Notes under the pieces: generated by a model
Told to the model about the DNA's origin: nothing
Database searches by the model: none
The model's input: the letters and a program-made list of their open reading frames with translations, nothing else
Program-made: the position numbers and the translations under genes
In this document: positions 37,561-46,200 of the stretch, in pieces
Position numbering within the stretch: position 1 is the stretch's first letter
Layout: each line of letters opens with the position of its first letter
DNA from: Candidatus Woesearchaeota archaeon
GTDB taxonomy: Archaea > Nanobdellota > Nanobdellia > SCGC-AAA011-G17 > GW2011-AR18
DNA length: 64,000 nt
Assembly: GCA_964497265.1 (NCBI GenBank)
Contig: CAZCCK010000004.1
Location: forward strand, 606-64,605
Direction: 5' to 3'

Positions 37561-38170
37561 TTATTCAGAAACGGTTAAAGTATAAAGTTGTGATCTACTC
37601 AAGTTTGCGTTTGTTGCCGTAATATTAATGGTATAGTCTCCTGCTTGGTTGATATTAGCAACGGTAAGAGTAGAAGTAAAATCGGGGTTTGAAGCAGAAG
37701 GTATGAATGTGCAGTCTCCTGGACATCCTTCTGTGTTTAAGGTGACTTGCTCGCTTGTTCCTGAAAGAAGATTTGCGCTTACGTCTACTGAAGCGACGTT
37801 TTGTTCAAGTGAGATTGTATCCGAGCTCTGATTTAAAGTTAAATCGAAATCAAAGGGAGCTTGTGTTTCTTCTACAGTTAAAGTATATGTTGCAGATTTA
37901 CTGATGTTTTCATTGCTTGCGGTTAGATTGATCTGATACGTTCCAGGTGGAATCGTTGGATTTGGTTCTACTCTGAAAAGCGAAGTAAAGTTAGGGATTC
38001 CTAGAGGGGAGCTAAAGGAGCAGCTTGCGCCTGAGGGGCATCCTGAGAAGCTTAGGACAATGTTTTGGGTGATTCCTGAAAGCAAGGTAAGGAAGGTTGT
38101 GACGATTGAAGGTTGTTCTTCTGTTATTGTTTCGCTGCTTTGATTGACATCTAGATTAAAATCAAAAGCT
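37561..38170 (-). repeat. Two tandem protein-coding repeats of about 300 nt at the 3' end of the 974-aa surface protein gene
   Basis: Protein-level repeats covering aa 772-875 and 876-974, with conserved Cys pairs (GCPSGASCSF / GCPGDCTF). Confidence 0.5.
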
Positions 38171-40485
38171 GCAGGAGCGACGGTTGTGATTGGTTCGTCA
38201 AAGTGTACTGCCCAGTTGTAAAGTGGATTTCCGTATTGGCTCGGTGTGTTGTCGCTGTCTCTTAAGTTTCCACGTGCGGAAGTGCTGATAAAAGCACCTG
38301 GCAAGACATTCGCTGCTCTATATGCGTATTGGAAGCGTTGATTTGTTCCGTTTGGTATTTGATCTAAAGTAACCTGTACTGTGTCTGGTGAGATAATCTC
38401 CACTTTGGTGATGTTGATTTTTCTTCCTCCAGTATCATTATAAGTAAATCCGTAGTTTGTTTGGTATAAAACTAAGGCAGTATCAAAGACAAGTGGTGGT
38501 GAAGGTACATGGAATTTGGCTGTAATTATTTTTCCTTCTCTGGTTATTGTTTCTGGCATGAGTGGTTTCCAGTCTTCGTGGTTAAGTAAGACTTTTGTCA
38601 TAACTTTTCCATAGTATTCTCCTAGTTGTCGATAGCTTACGTTAATCAAGTGTACTGTGTCTTTGTAAGTAAGGAAGTAATTTGGTCCGACTAAGTAGAT
38701 TTTTCCTGGATTATGTTTTGCTGCTTCAAGTTGAGCGCGTGGTGAGGGGGGCATGCCTCCTTTGCTAAAGGAGCTGATTTGATCGATGAAGAAAGGAATG
38801 GTTTCATTTTGTCCGGTGATTGTGTTAATGTCTGTTTCATAGTCGTGTTGCCATTCAACAAGGTTTGCTTCATAGTCTGGGTTAAATCTATCATCTTCTC
38901 CGTGGAGAACAGCAATTGCTAAGAATCGATAATGTTGTTCCAAGTCTGATACACCCCAGCTTGCGTTTTTAACTTCGCTAAGACTATTTTGATAGGTTTG
39001 CGTTCCTTTTTTTATGACCGTATATTTTGATCCACCTAGCGCGCTTCGAGTAACGATCATGTTATAATCTTTGTTAGGGGTGGATCCTGTGATGAAGTTT
39101 CCCATTGCACTGTCAATACTTTCTGTAGTTGATTCTTTAAGCGGGATAAGTGGAAGATGAGGGTAGGTAGGGTAGTACCAAAGCATTTTGTTGTTATAAG
39201 GTTGGGTTGTGGTAAGTGCAGGAACTCCTTGTGCGCCTAAAGCTAAACTCTGTCCTGTAACAAGGATGTGATTGAAGTAGATTTTTTTGGGTGTAAGGGT
39301 GATTGTTTCTGATGCAGGTCCAGCGCCAATACTGTTTACTGCGCGTACTCGAAATTGGTAAGGTACATCATTATCCAGTCCTGTAATATTTGCGGTTTTG
39401 AGGGTGCTTACTGGATCGTTATATACCGTAAACTCTGCTCCATCTCTGCTGTATTCTATTTGATAGTCTCTTATAGGGCTTCCTCCTTGGGTGGTGGGAG
39501 TGGTCCAGAAGAGTTTAACTTTTTGATCAAAAACGCTTCCATTTAAGAAGAGTGGTTCGGAGGGGGTTAGTGCTAAAGTCGGATTTACTGAGAAGCTTTG
39601 TGGATCAGTAAAAGGTCCTAAAACTTTTCCGCCTACTTCTGTCCAACTATAAGTAAGATCGTTAGAGGGAATGCTTCCGTAAGTATCTAAAATTCTCCAG
39701 GTGAAATTAAAAATGTACTGATTTGGTTGAATTGTAACTGAGCTTTCATTTGCAAGAAGTTCAACATATTGATTACCATAAGAACTGTATTCCTTAAATC
39801 CTTTTGTAGGGGTCCATTGGAAGTATCCTCGAAAAGGTTTAGTTGGAGTATTTTTGAAATTAACAAGGAAACTCATTCCTTGGATGTTGCTAAGTTCTCC
39901 TTTATTGAGTACAAAGACCGCGCTTTGTTGGTCTTGTCCTGTTGAGACAAGATCTTGTTTTGCAAGGGTAAGACTGTTAAAGCTTGAATAAAGGGAAGGG
40001 GCTAAAACTGTTTGAAAACTTGTGTTTGTTTCTGTTAAGGCTACAGTTCTTCCGCTGCTTTCGTGCCAATAGTAAGAGAGAGGGTTAGTTGTATATGCTC
40101 CTTGGGTTGGGCTGATGGTCCAGGCAAAAGTGACGCTCGTCGTGTTTGTTTCGTTAGAATCTATTTTTTGAGAAAGTGATTTTACCGGTTCAATACTTGC
40201 GCTTCCATAGCCAGCTAGTTCTACAAATCCTGCGGAAGTCCAACGTAAATATCCTCTTGGAGAATTTTTATTGATCATTAATCTTATTTCATTAATCCCT
40301 GCAAGCTCTTGGGGAGTTGCGCATTGAATGGTAAGAGTGGCCTGTTGGGCATCATTGTCATCGGTTAAGATTTGGGGCTTTGATACAGATAGAGAAGTGT
40401 AGGTGCAGGTCGCTGAAACAATACTTATAACAAATAAAAATGAGAGCGATAAAAACAATAAAAATCGAAAGATTTTCAAATTCAT
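37561..40485 (-). CDS. Large (974 aa) secreted surface protein with a SASA/SGNH-like esterase core, a fibronectin type III domain and two C-terminal tandem repeats of about 100 aa
   Basis: Signal peptide. ILVTGQSLALG is like the GQSNM motif of sialate O-acetylesterase-like domains. FN3-like PIRDYQIEYSRDG...YQFRVRAVNSIG. C-terminal repeats FDFNLDVNQSS...YTLTVEE and FDFDLTLNQSS...YTLTVSE. Many NxS/T sequons. Confidence 0.5.
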   Translation of the reverse strand: MNLKIFRFLLFLSLSFLFVISIVSATCTYTSLSVSKPQILTDDNDAQQATLTIQCATPQELAGINEIRLMINKNSPRGYLRWTSAGFVELAGYGSASIEPVKSLSQKIDSNETNTTSVTFAWTISPTQGAYTTNPLSYYWHESSGRTVALTETNTSFQTVLAPSLYSSFNSLTLAKQDLVSTGQDQQSAVFVLNKGELSNIQGMSFLVNFKNTPTKPFRGYFQWTPTKGFKEYSSYGNQYVELLANESSVTIQPNQYIFNFTWRILDTYGSIPSNDLTYSWTEVGGKVLGPFTDPQSFSVNPTLALTPSEPLFLNGSVFDQKVKLFWTTPTTQGGSPIRDYQIEYSRDGAEFTVYNDPVSTLKTANITGLDNDVPYQFRVRAVNSIGAGPASETITLTPKKIYFNHILVTGQSLALGAQGVPALTTTQPYNNKMLWYYPTYPHLPLIPLKESTTESIDSAMGNFITGSTPNKDYNMIVTRSALGGSKYTVIKKGTQTYQNSLSEVKNASWGVSDLEQHYRFLAIAVLHGEDDRFNPDYEANLVEWQHDYETDINTITGQNETIPFFIDQISSFSKGGMPPSPRAQLEAAKHNPGKIYLVGPNYFLTYKDTVHLINVSYRQLGEYYGKVMTKVLLNHEDWKPLMPETITREGKIITAKFHVPSPPLVFDTALVLYQTNYGFTYNDTGGRKINITKVEIISPDTVQVTLDQIPNGTNQRFQYAYRAANVLPGAFISTSARGNLRDSDNTPSQYGNPLYNWAVHFDEPITTVAPAAFDFNLDVNQSSETITEEQPSIVTTFLTLLSGITQNIVLSFSGCPSGASCSFSSPLGIPNFTSLFRVEPNPTIPPGTYQINLTASNENISKSATYTLTVEETQAPFDFDLTLNQSSDTISLEQNVASVDVSANLLSGTSEQVTLNTEGCPGDCTFIPSASNPDFTSTLTVANINQAGDYTINITATNANLSRSQLYTLTVSE

Positions 40486-40595
40486 CCAGTGAGGGGAAAA
40501 TATTCTTTTATAAAGATTTCCCTGTTTGAGTAGGTGGATCAGGTTATGTTATTTACTTTTGAGGGGTTTATGGAAGGATTTTAAATAAAAACCTT

Positions 40596-40603
40596 TAAAA
40601 TCT
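40596..40603 (+). promoter_or_regulatory. TATA-like box (tttaaaat) about 25-30 nt upstream of tRNA-Val
   Basis: AT-rich octamer at the archaeal promoter distance from the tRNA 5' end. Confidence 0.4.
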
Positions 40604-40626
40604 CTGGTCTTTTGTCAGCTTTTTGT

Positions 40627-40718
40627 GGGCTCATGGTCTAGTGGCTATGACACAACCTTGACGTTCTCTTCGGAGATCAAAATGGTTGTAGTCGCAGGTT
40701 CGAGTCCTGCTGGGCCCA
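40627..40718 (+). tRNA. tRNA-Val (anticodon GAC) with a canonical 37/38 intron of about 19 nt (40664-40682)
   Basis: GGGCTCA-TG-GTCTAGTGGCTATGAC-A-CAACC-TTGACG[intron ttctcttcggagatcaaaa]T-GGTTG-TAGTC-GCAGG-TTCGAGT-CCTGC-TGGGCCC-A. The intron contains the hairpin TCTC-TTCG-GAGA. Confidence 0.7.
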
Positions 40719-40763
40719 TTTTTTTTAATAAGTTTTATAATATTTTTCTCTTTACTTTTTTCC

Positions 40764-41090
40764 ATGAAAAAATCTTTACTTGCCTTAAGCCTTGTGAGTT
40801 TGCTTCAAGCCTGCCATCCAGTAAAAAATCCAGTGGTTAATTTAGAATGTGGGAATACTGCCTATCAGAAAACAGAAAAAAGAGAAGGAGAGTCTGTTTT
40901 TGATTTTGCTACTCGTTTTTGCCAAGTTTTTGGTGCTGGAAATTACAGTAGGGGCGCGTTGTGTCATCCGATATTAGCGGAAATTAATTGTAATCTAGAA
41001 AATCAAGTGAGCTCTTTTAAGATTTATGAAAGGCCAAAAGAAGTTTGTTATACTCGTCCTGAAGAAGCGTGTTATTCACTTGTTTTTTGA
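40764..41090 (+). CDS. Small Cys-rich secreted/lipoprotein-like protein
   Basis: Signal with LLQAC. Six Cys in 108 aa. Confidence 0.4.
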   Translation: MKKSLLALSLVSLLQACHPVKNPVVNLECGNTAYQKTEKREGESVFDFATRFCQVFGAGNYSRGALCHPILAEINCNLENQVSSFKIYERPKEVCYTRPEEACYSLVF

Positions 41091-41148
41091 TAAATTTTAA
41101 AGCGTAATAATCGTTATATTTATATACCATTAAAGTGGTTTTTTACGA

Positions 41149-43299
41149 ATGGGGAAAAGGGGGCAGGTAACTGTTTTCGTAGTGTTAGGTTTAATTATTC
41201 TTATTCTTGCAGGTTCATTTCTTGCGTACCGTTATTTTGTTATAAATTCTAGTTTAGAGAGTACAAGACAAGAGTTGAGTAGAGTTCCGAGTCAGTTTCA
41301 GCCTGTTGCTGCTTATTTGGATGAGTGTACCCAAACTGTGGCGAGTGATGCATTGACTTTTGTAGGTTCAAGGGCGGGATATTTTACATTGCCGACAGAC
41401 CCGCTTCCTCCTTCTTCTATTAATCCTCTGCAAAGAAATTTAGAAGTTCTTCCAAATACGGATTTGAAAGTTCCTTTGTGGTTTAGAGAATCTAGTAATG
41501 GTATTCAAGAAGTGAATGTTCCTTCAAAAGCAGATGTGGAGAAAAATCTAGCGTTGTATGTAACAACTCACTTTCCAGAGTGTCTTGACAATTTATCTTC
41601 TTTTCAAGAAGAAGGGTATCAAATAATTTCTTCAGCCACTCAAGTAAATTCAAAAGTAACTGTAACTAAAGATGCCGTGGATGTTGTTGTTTCCTTTCCG
41701 ATGCAAGTTTCTTTCAAAGGAGCTAATTTTAAGTTGGATGGTTCTCTTGCTCATGTAGAGACGCAGTTCGGAGATTTATACAATTCCGCGGTCGAGATGT
41801 TAACAACTGAAAATCAAGGATTTTTCTTAGAAAATAAAACATTAGATATGCTTGTTGCGTATGATAAGGAGGTTCCGTATTCTGGTTCTGATCTTTCTTG
41901 TTCAGAAACAGTTTGGTCAAAAACAGAAGTAATTAAAAGATTCAAAGCGATTCTTTTTGAAAATACTGCTGCGATTCATGTGGTCGGTACAGATTTTAGT
42001 TTAGATAATGAAGGTCAAAAATATTTATTGTTTGATGCTTTAAAGAGTAAGCGGTCTGATGTTTCTATAAACTTAAGATATAATCCTTCGTGGCCTACGC
42101 TTGTGGATATTAGTCCTTCGCAAGGGGATGTTTTAAGATCAGATCCTATAACCAAGAATACGGGCGGATTATTAACAACGATTTTATCTTCTTACTTTTG
42201 TTTGAACGATCATCATTTTATTTATACGATAAAATATCCTGTTTTAATTTCGTTGACAGATAAGAATGGTTTTGTGTTCCAGTATGCTACAGAGGTAATT
42301 ATTGATAGAAATCTTGCCAGAGAAAATAGGATTGTTCCCTTAGATATTCCAGATACTCGTTCTTTATTATGCGAGAATGCGGCTAGTCCTCTAACGATCA
42401 ATACCTATTCTTTGGATCAGAATGAAGAACTTGTTCCTTTGAGTGGTGCTGATGTTTCGTTTAAGTGTTTCCCTGACACGTGTCCTTTGAAGGCTGTTGG
42501 GCAGGCGGCAAATAAGATGCAAGTTCTTGCTCCTCCTTGTGTGAATGGGGTTGTAGAAGTTTCCAAAAAGAATTTTTTCAATGGTAAATCTGTTGTATCT
42601 ACGAATACAGCTGAAGTACAAAATCTCAACATTGTTCTTGAGCCTTTGTATGAGAAGCATGTTCAAGTAAAAGTAATTGATAAGAAAACTGGTGAAATAC
42701 GTGATCCGTTTAGTTCAGAATTAATCTCTTTTAGTTTCAAGCATCAGAACGCGCGGTATAATGAATACTTCACGTATCAGAGCGAAGGTGCCTCTTGTGA
42801 GTTAGAGGATACGTGTGGTCCTGGTTTAGAATGTAAGAGGGGCGCATGCGTGTATCCTAGTTGTGAATCTAAAGAAGATTGTTCTCTAAATCAAGAGTGT
42901 GTCTCTAAAAAATGCGCTCCGATTAATACGATTCATTTGCTTGCGGGTGATTATGCTGTCGAGTCTTTCGTTTCTCGTACAAGTACGTGGCCGATTCAAA
43001 CGCAAAAGAAAACGGTGCAAAACTGCGTACAGACCACTGCAGATGGAGTGTTGGGTCTTTTCTTCACAAAAGAAAAATGTTTCACGACAGAGATTCCTTC
43101 CGTTGATTTTAAGAACGCGCTTGTGGGTGGAGGGAATTTCAATGTTACATTTGAGCGTAGTGCTTTAGCTTCAAAGAACGTTTTAACGTTGTATGTTCTT
43201 GCTGATGCCACTCCTGCGGATCTAGAAGGTTTTGCTAATATTCAGACAGATTTAAGTATCAATAAAGATAATCCGAACTTTAGGTATCCTCAGCTATGA
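41149..43299 (+). CDS. Pilin-like (class III signal) large secreted protein with a C-terminal Cys-rich EGF-like module
   Basis: N-terminus MGKRGQVTVFVVLGLIILILAGSFLAY (KRG then Q at +1, followed by a hydrophobic stretch). CELEDTCGPGLECKRGACVYPSCESKEDCSLNQECVSKKCAP. The stop overlaps the next start (ATGA). Confidence 0.5.
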   Translation: MGKRGQVTVFVVLGLIILILAGSFLAYRYFVINSSLESTRQELSRVPSQFQPVAAYLDECTQTVASDALTFVGSRAGYFTLPTDPLPPSSINPLQRNLEVLPNTDLKVPLWFRESSNGIQEVNVPSKADVEKNLALYVTTHFPECLDNLSSFQEEGYQIISSATQVNSKVTVTKDAVDVVVSFPMQVSFKGANFKLDGSLAHVETQFGDLYNSAVEMLTTENQGFFLENKTLDMLVAYDKEVPYSGSDLSCSETVWSKTEVIKRFKAILFENTAAIHVVGTDFSLDNEGQKYLLFDALKSKRSDVSINLRYNPSWPTLVDISPSQGDVLRSDPITKNTGGLLTTILSSYFCLNDHHFIYTIKYPVLISLTDKNGFVFQYATEVIIDRNLARENRIVPLDIPDTRSLLCENAASPLTINTYSLDQNEELVPLSGADVSFKCFPDTCPLKAVGQAANKMQVLAPPCVNGVVEVSKKNFFNGKSVVSTNTAEVQNLNIVLEPLYEKHVQVKVIDKKTGEIRDPFSSELISFSFKHQNARYNEYFTYQSEGASCELEDTCGPGLECKRGACVYPSCESKEDCSLNQECVSKKCAPINTIHLLAGDYAVESFVSRTSTWPIQTQKKTVQNCVQTTADGVLGLFFTKEKCFTTEIPSVDFKNALVGGGNFNVTFERSALASKNVLTLYVLADATPADLEGFANIQTDLSINKDNPNFRYPQL

Positions 43300-46200
43300 A
43301 AAAAAGTAGTGTGATTGCAGTGTTTTGTATGGTTTTGATAGTGACTCTTCCTTTGGTTGTTGCTCAAAGCCAATATTCTTCCTCTTCACAAAGTCTTCTT
43401 CCAGGATATCAACCTAATGAGGTTGCTTTTTTTCAGCAGCCTTCTTCTTTGGCTGATTTGCTTGGTGGTGCTTTTAGTCAGGCTCTTGGAACTGAGCAAG
43501 ATCTTGGAGAGGCGTTAGTTATTTACGCTGCGACTCCTGATCCTCCTTTTATTCGTGCTTCTGCTTTGGAGCAGCAGCCTTTGCCGATTTACATTCCTTT
43601 GAGAGCAACTGATTTTGGTTCGATTTTAGGAAAGGTTTCTGAGGATCCTTCGCAGCGTGATCCTTTTACGGGTTTTACTTCTTTGCCTCCTGTAAAAAGA
43701 ATGGTTGTGAAGTTAAATAGGACAAATCCTTTTGTGAACACAATAAAGTATATTCCTCCTGAGTCTGGATTTTCGAAAGATAATATGGGTTATCTTGTTG
43801 TTGTTTTAAACAGGTTAAGAAATGAAACGAGTTTACCTACTGCTCGTAGTCAGCAGACAAGTGTGTTTAATAATTCTCTTCCGCAGGATGTTGTGCCTAA
43901 TTTAGGCGCAGATACTCCTGTGATTGACTTGGATTTGACTGCTGAGATTTATTTGAATTTGCAAGAGAGTTCTTTGACAAATTTAGGTCAGAGGGATCTT
44001 GTTTTAAAACCAGAATCAGAAAATGATTTTTTGAAAAAATCTTCTAAAGAGGAGAATGCGTTTTATAATGATCGTGCGTATGTACGCGCTTCTGCGATTG
44101 GTCAAGATAGGGTTACGTTAAATGTTTATAATAAGGATTTGTTGCCTTTGACCTTTTTTTCTGCGCCAAATGCTCCTGCTGGATCAAAGGTTGCTTCTGT
44201 CTCCTTAACCACCAATCAAGTATCTAGTCCTGTAAGACTAGGTATTAGTTCCAATCCGTTGCAAGATAGTGTTGTGTTTAAATTAAACAATGTTGTGCTT
44301 CCGGCAAATAGTGTTTCTTATCAATTAAGTACGTCTTCTCAAACATTTGAAAGGGAAGCGAATGAAGGTTCCTTCTTGTATCCTGGTTCTCATTGGCAGA
44401 TTATAAGTGTTAAAAAAAATGAAAGAGACGCGACTGCTGAGCAAGTGAGAAAGCAAGGTTTTACTCTAGATAGTGCTTCGCGTAAAAAGGTAGAGCAAGC
44501 TCAGCCGGGTGATATTAAGATTGTTTCTTATCAAGTATTTTTGAAAAATAGCGCTACCGGTGAGTCTCGTTCTTTGGAAAGAGAGGTGGTTACAGGTAGT
44601 ACGTTTAATTTTGATTTTCCTCCTCTTGATGACGCGACTGCGTTAGCGTTAGAAGAGATGTATTGTCCTTCAGCGTTACAAAAGACTGCCAATGAAGATT
44701 ATGGGTGTGCTGCTGTAAGAAGCTTTAAGCAAGTGATTAATGATTACCCCGCGAGCGCTGAGGCGAAAAGTGCGTATGGGCAATTAGTTGATGTGTACGA
44801 TAATGATCTAATTAGTAATCCTGCTTGTAAGGTTATTGGTAAAGATCAAGTTTTAGATGAGGATAAATGTAGTTTGTTTTTGGATGATATGTTTTCGCTT
44901 GCGTATTATTATGCGTCGAAAGTGAAGGTTTCTAATCCTGTTTTATTGCAAAAGTTAAGAGATGGATTTGGGGGAAAAGGTGGTTTTGAGTTTTTGGAAG
45001 ATGAAGGTATTGGTTTTCAAGTAAAAAATGTAAAAATTGCGACAAATGATGATAAGGGCAAGTTTTCTCTTTCTGTGAATAGAAATCCTCTGGTTATGTT
45101 GCAAGTGGGTAATACTATTCCAAATTTGGTGGGAACGACAACGAAAGGAGATTTGTTTAAGTTTATTGTGCGTCAGATTAATCAGAATTCTGTTTTGGTG
45201 GAGAAAAAGAAAGTTGCGGATATTAATCTGCCTGTTGATGAAAAGAGTGTTTCTTTTGGTTCTTTAACTTTAATTTCTGGTCAGAATAATGTTTTATTAA
45301 AAAAAGGTGAAGAAAATCAGCAAGATGAAAATGTTTTATTAGATATTGGTTCTATTGAAGTAAATACGAGGGCTTCTATCTCTATTATTCCTGGTGCGAA
45401 TCGAGGATTAGCTCGTTCTTCGTTTAGAGTGCATATTCCTATTGAGCCTCGTCCTTTTCCAAATCTTGGTGAAACGTTGAAAGGTCATATTAATGCGACA
45501 AGAAAATTGGTTGCGGATCTTGATTCTGTAATTACAAAGATGGATACAGTGGTAAAGTCTTGGAAGAAATTATGTATTATTACCTTTGCTTTTGTAACCT
45601 TGAAAAGTTCGTTTTTAGGTGGAACAACAAGAACGCTCGCAAGAAGAGGTGTTGCTCAAGTCTACAAAAAGGATTGTGCTACTCAAGTAGCTGCGACTAA
45701 ATTTAGAAGTGTTGATGATTGTCTTGCAAGCAGAACAGATGAGTTAAGTAAGGATGTTGATGCGAATCAAAAAGCGATTGAGGCTGTACAGAGTCAGCTT
45801 AGCAAAGAGACCCCTGATCATCTGAAGATGTGCGGAGATGTTCCTTTCCAAGAGGCGCGTTTACTTGGAGCAACAATTCAAGATTGCCAAGAGTATTTAC
45901 GTTTGAAAGCTTTAAAATCTGAGCAAACGAGTGATTTGTTAAAAATAGAAGCAGACAAAAGTTTAACTGATTTAAAGTTTGAGCAGAAGAAAGATCTTAT
46001 TAGTCAAGCTTCGAAAGCTTATGAAGATAATAAAGATAAGTTGCCTTTCAAAGGAGATGACGCTGCTCAAAAAGGTATGCAGTATTACGCGAATTTGTTT
46101 GAGCAGGAGCAGCAAAAGAAGACGCCGATTCGTGAAGATGTGATTAATGTGCCTTCTTTGATTCCAAATGGAAAAGATACTGCTATTGCTATTCTAAATC

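Noticed and set aside
40625-40840. 71-aa plus-strand ORF
   Set aside because: It starts inside tRNA-Val and runs through the intergenic region. It has no coding signal.
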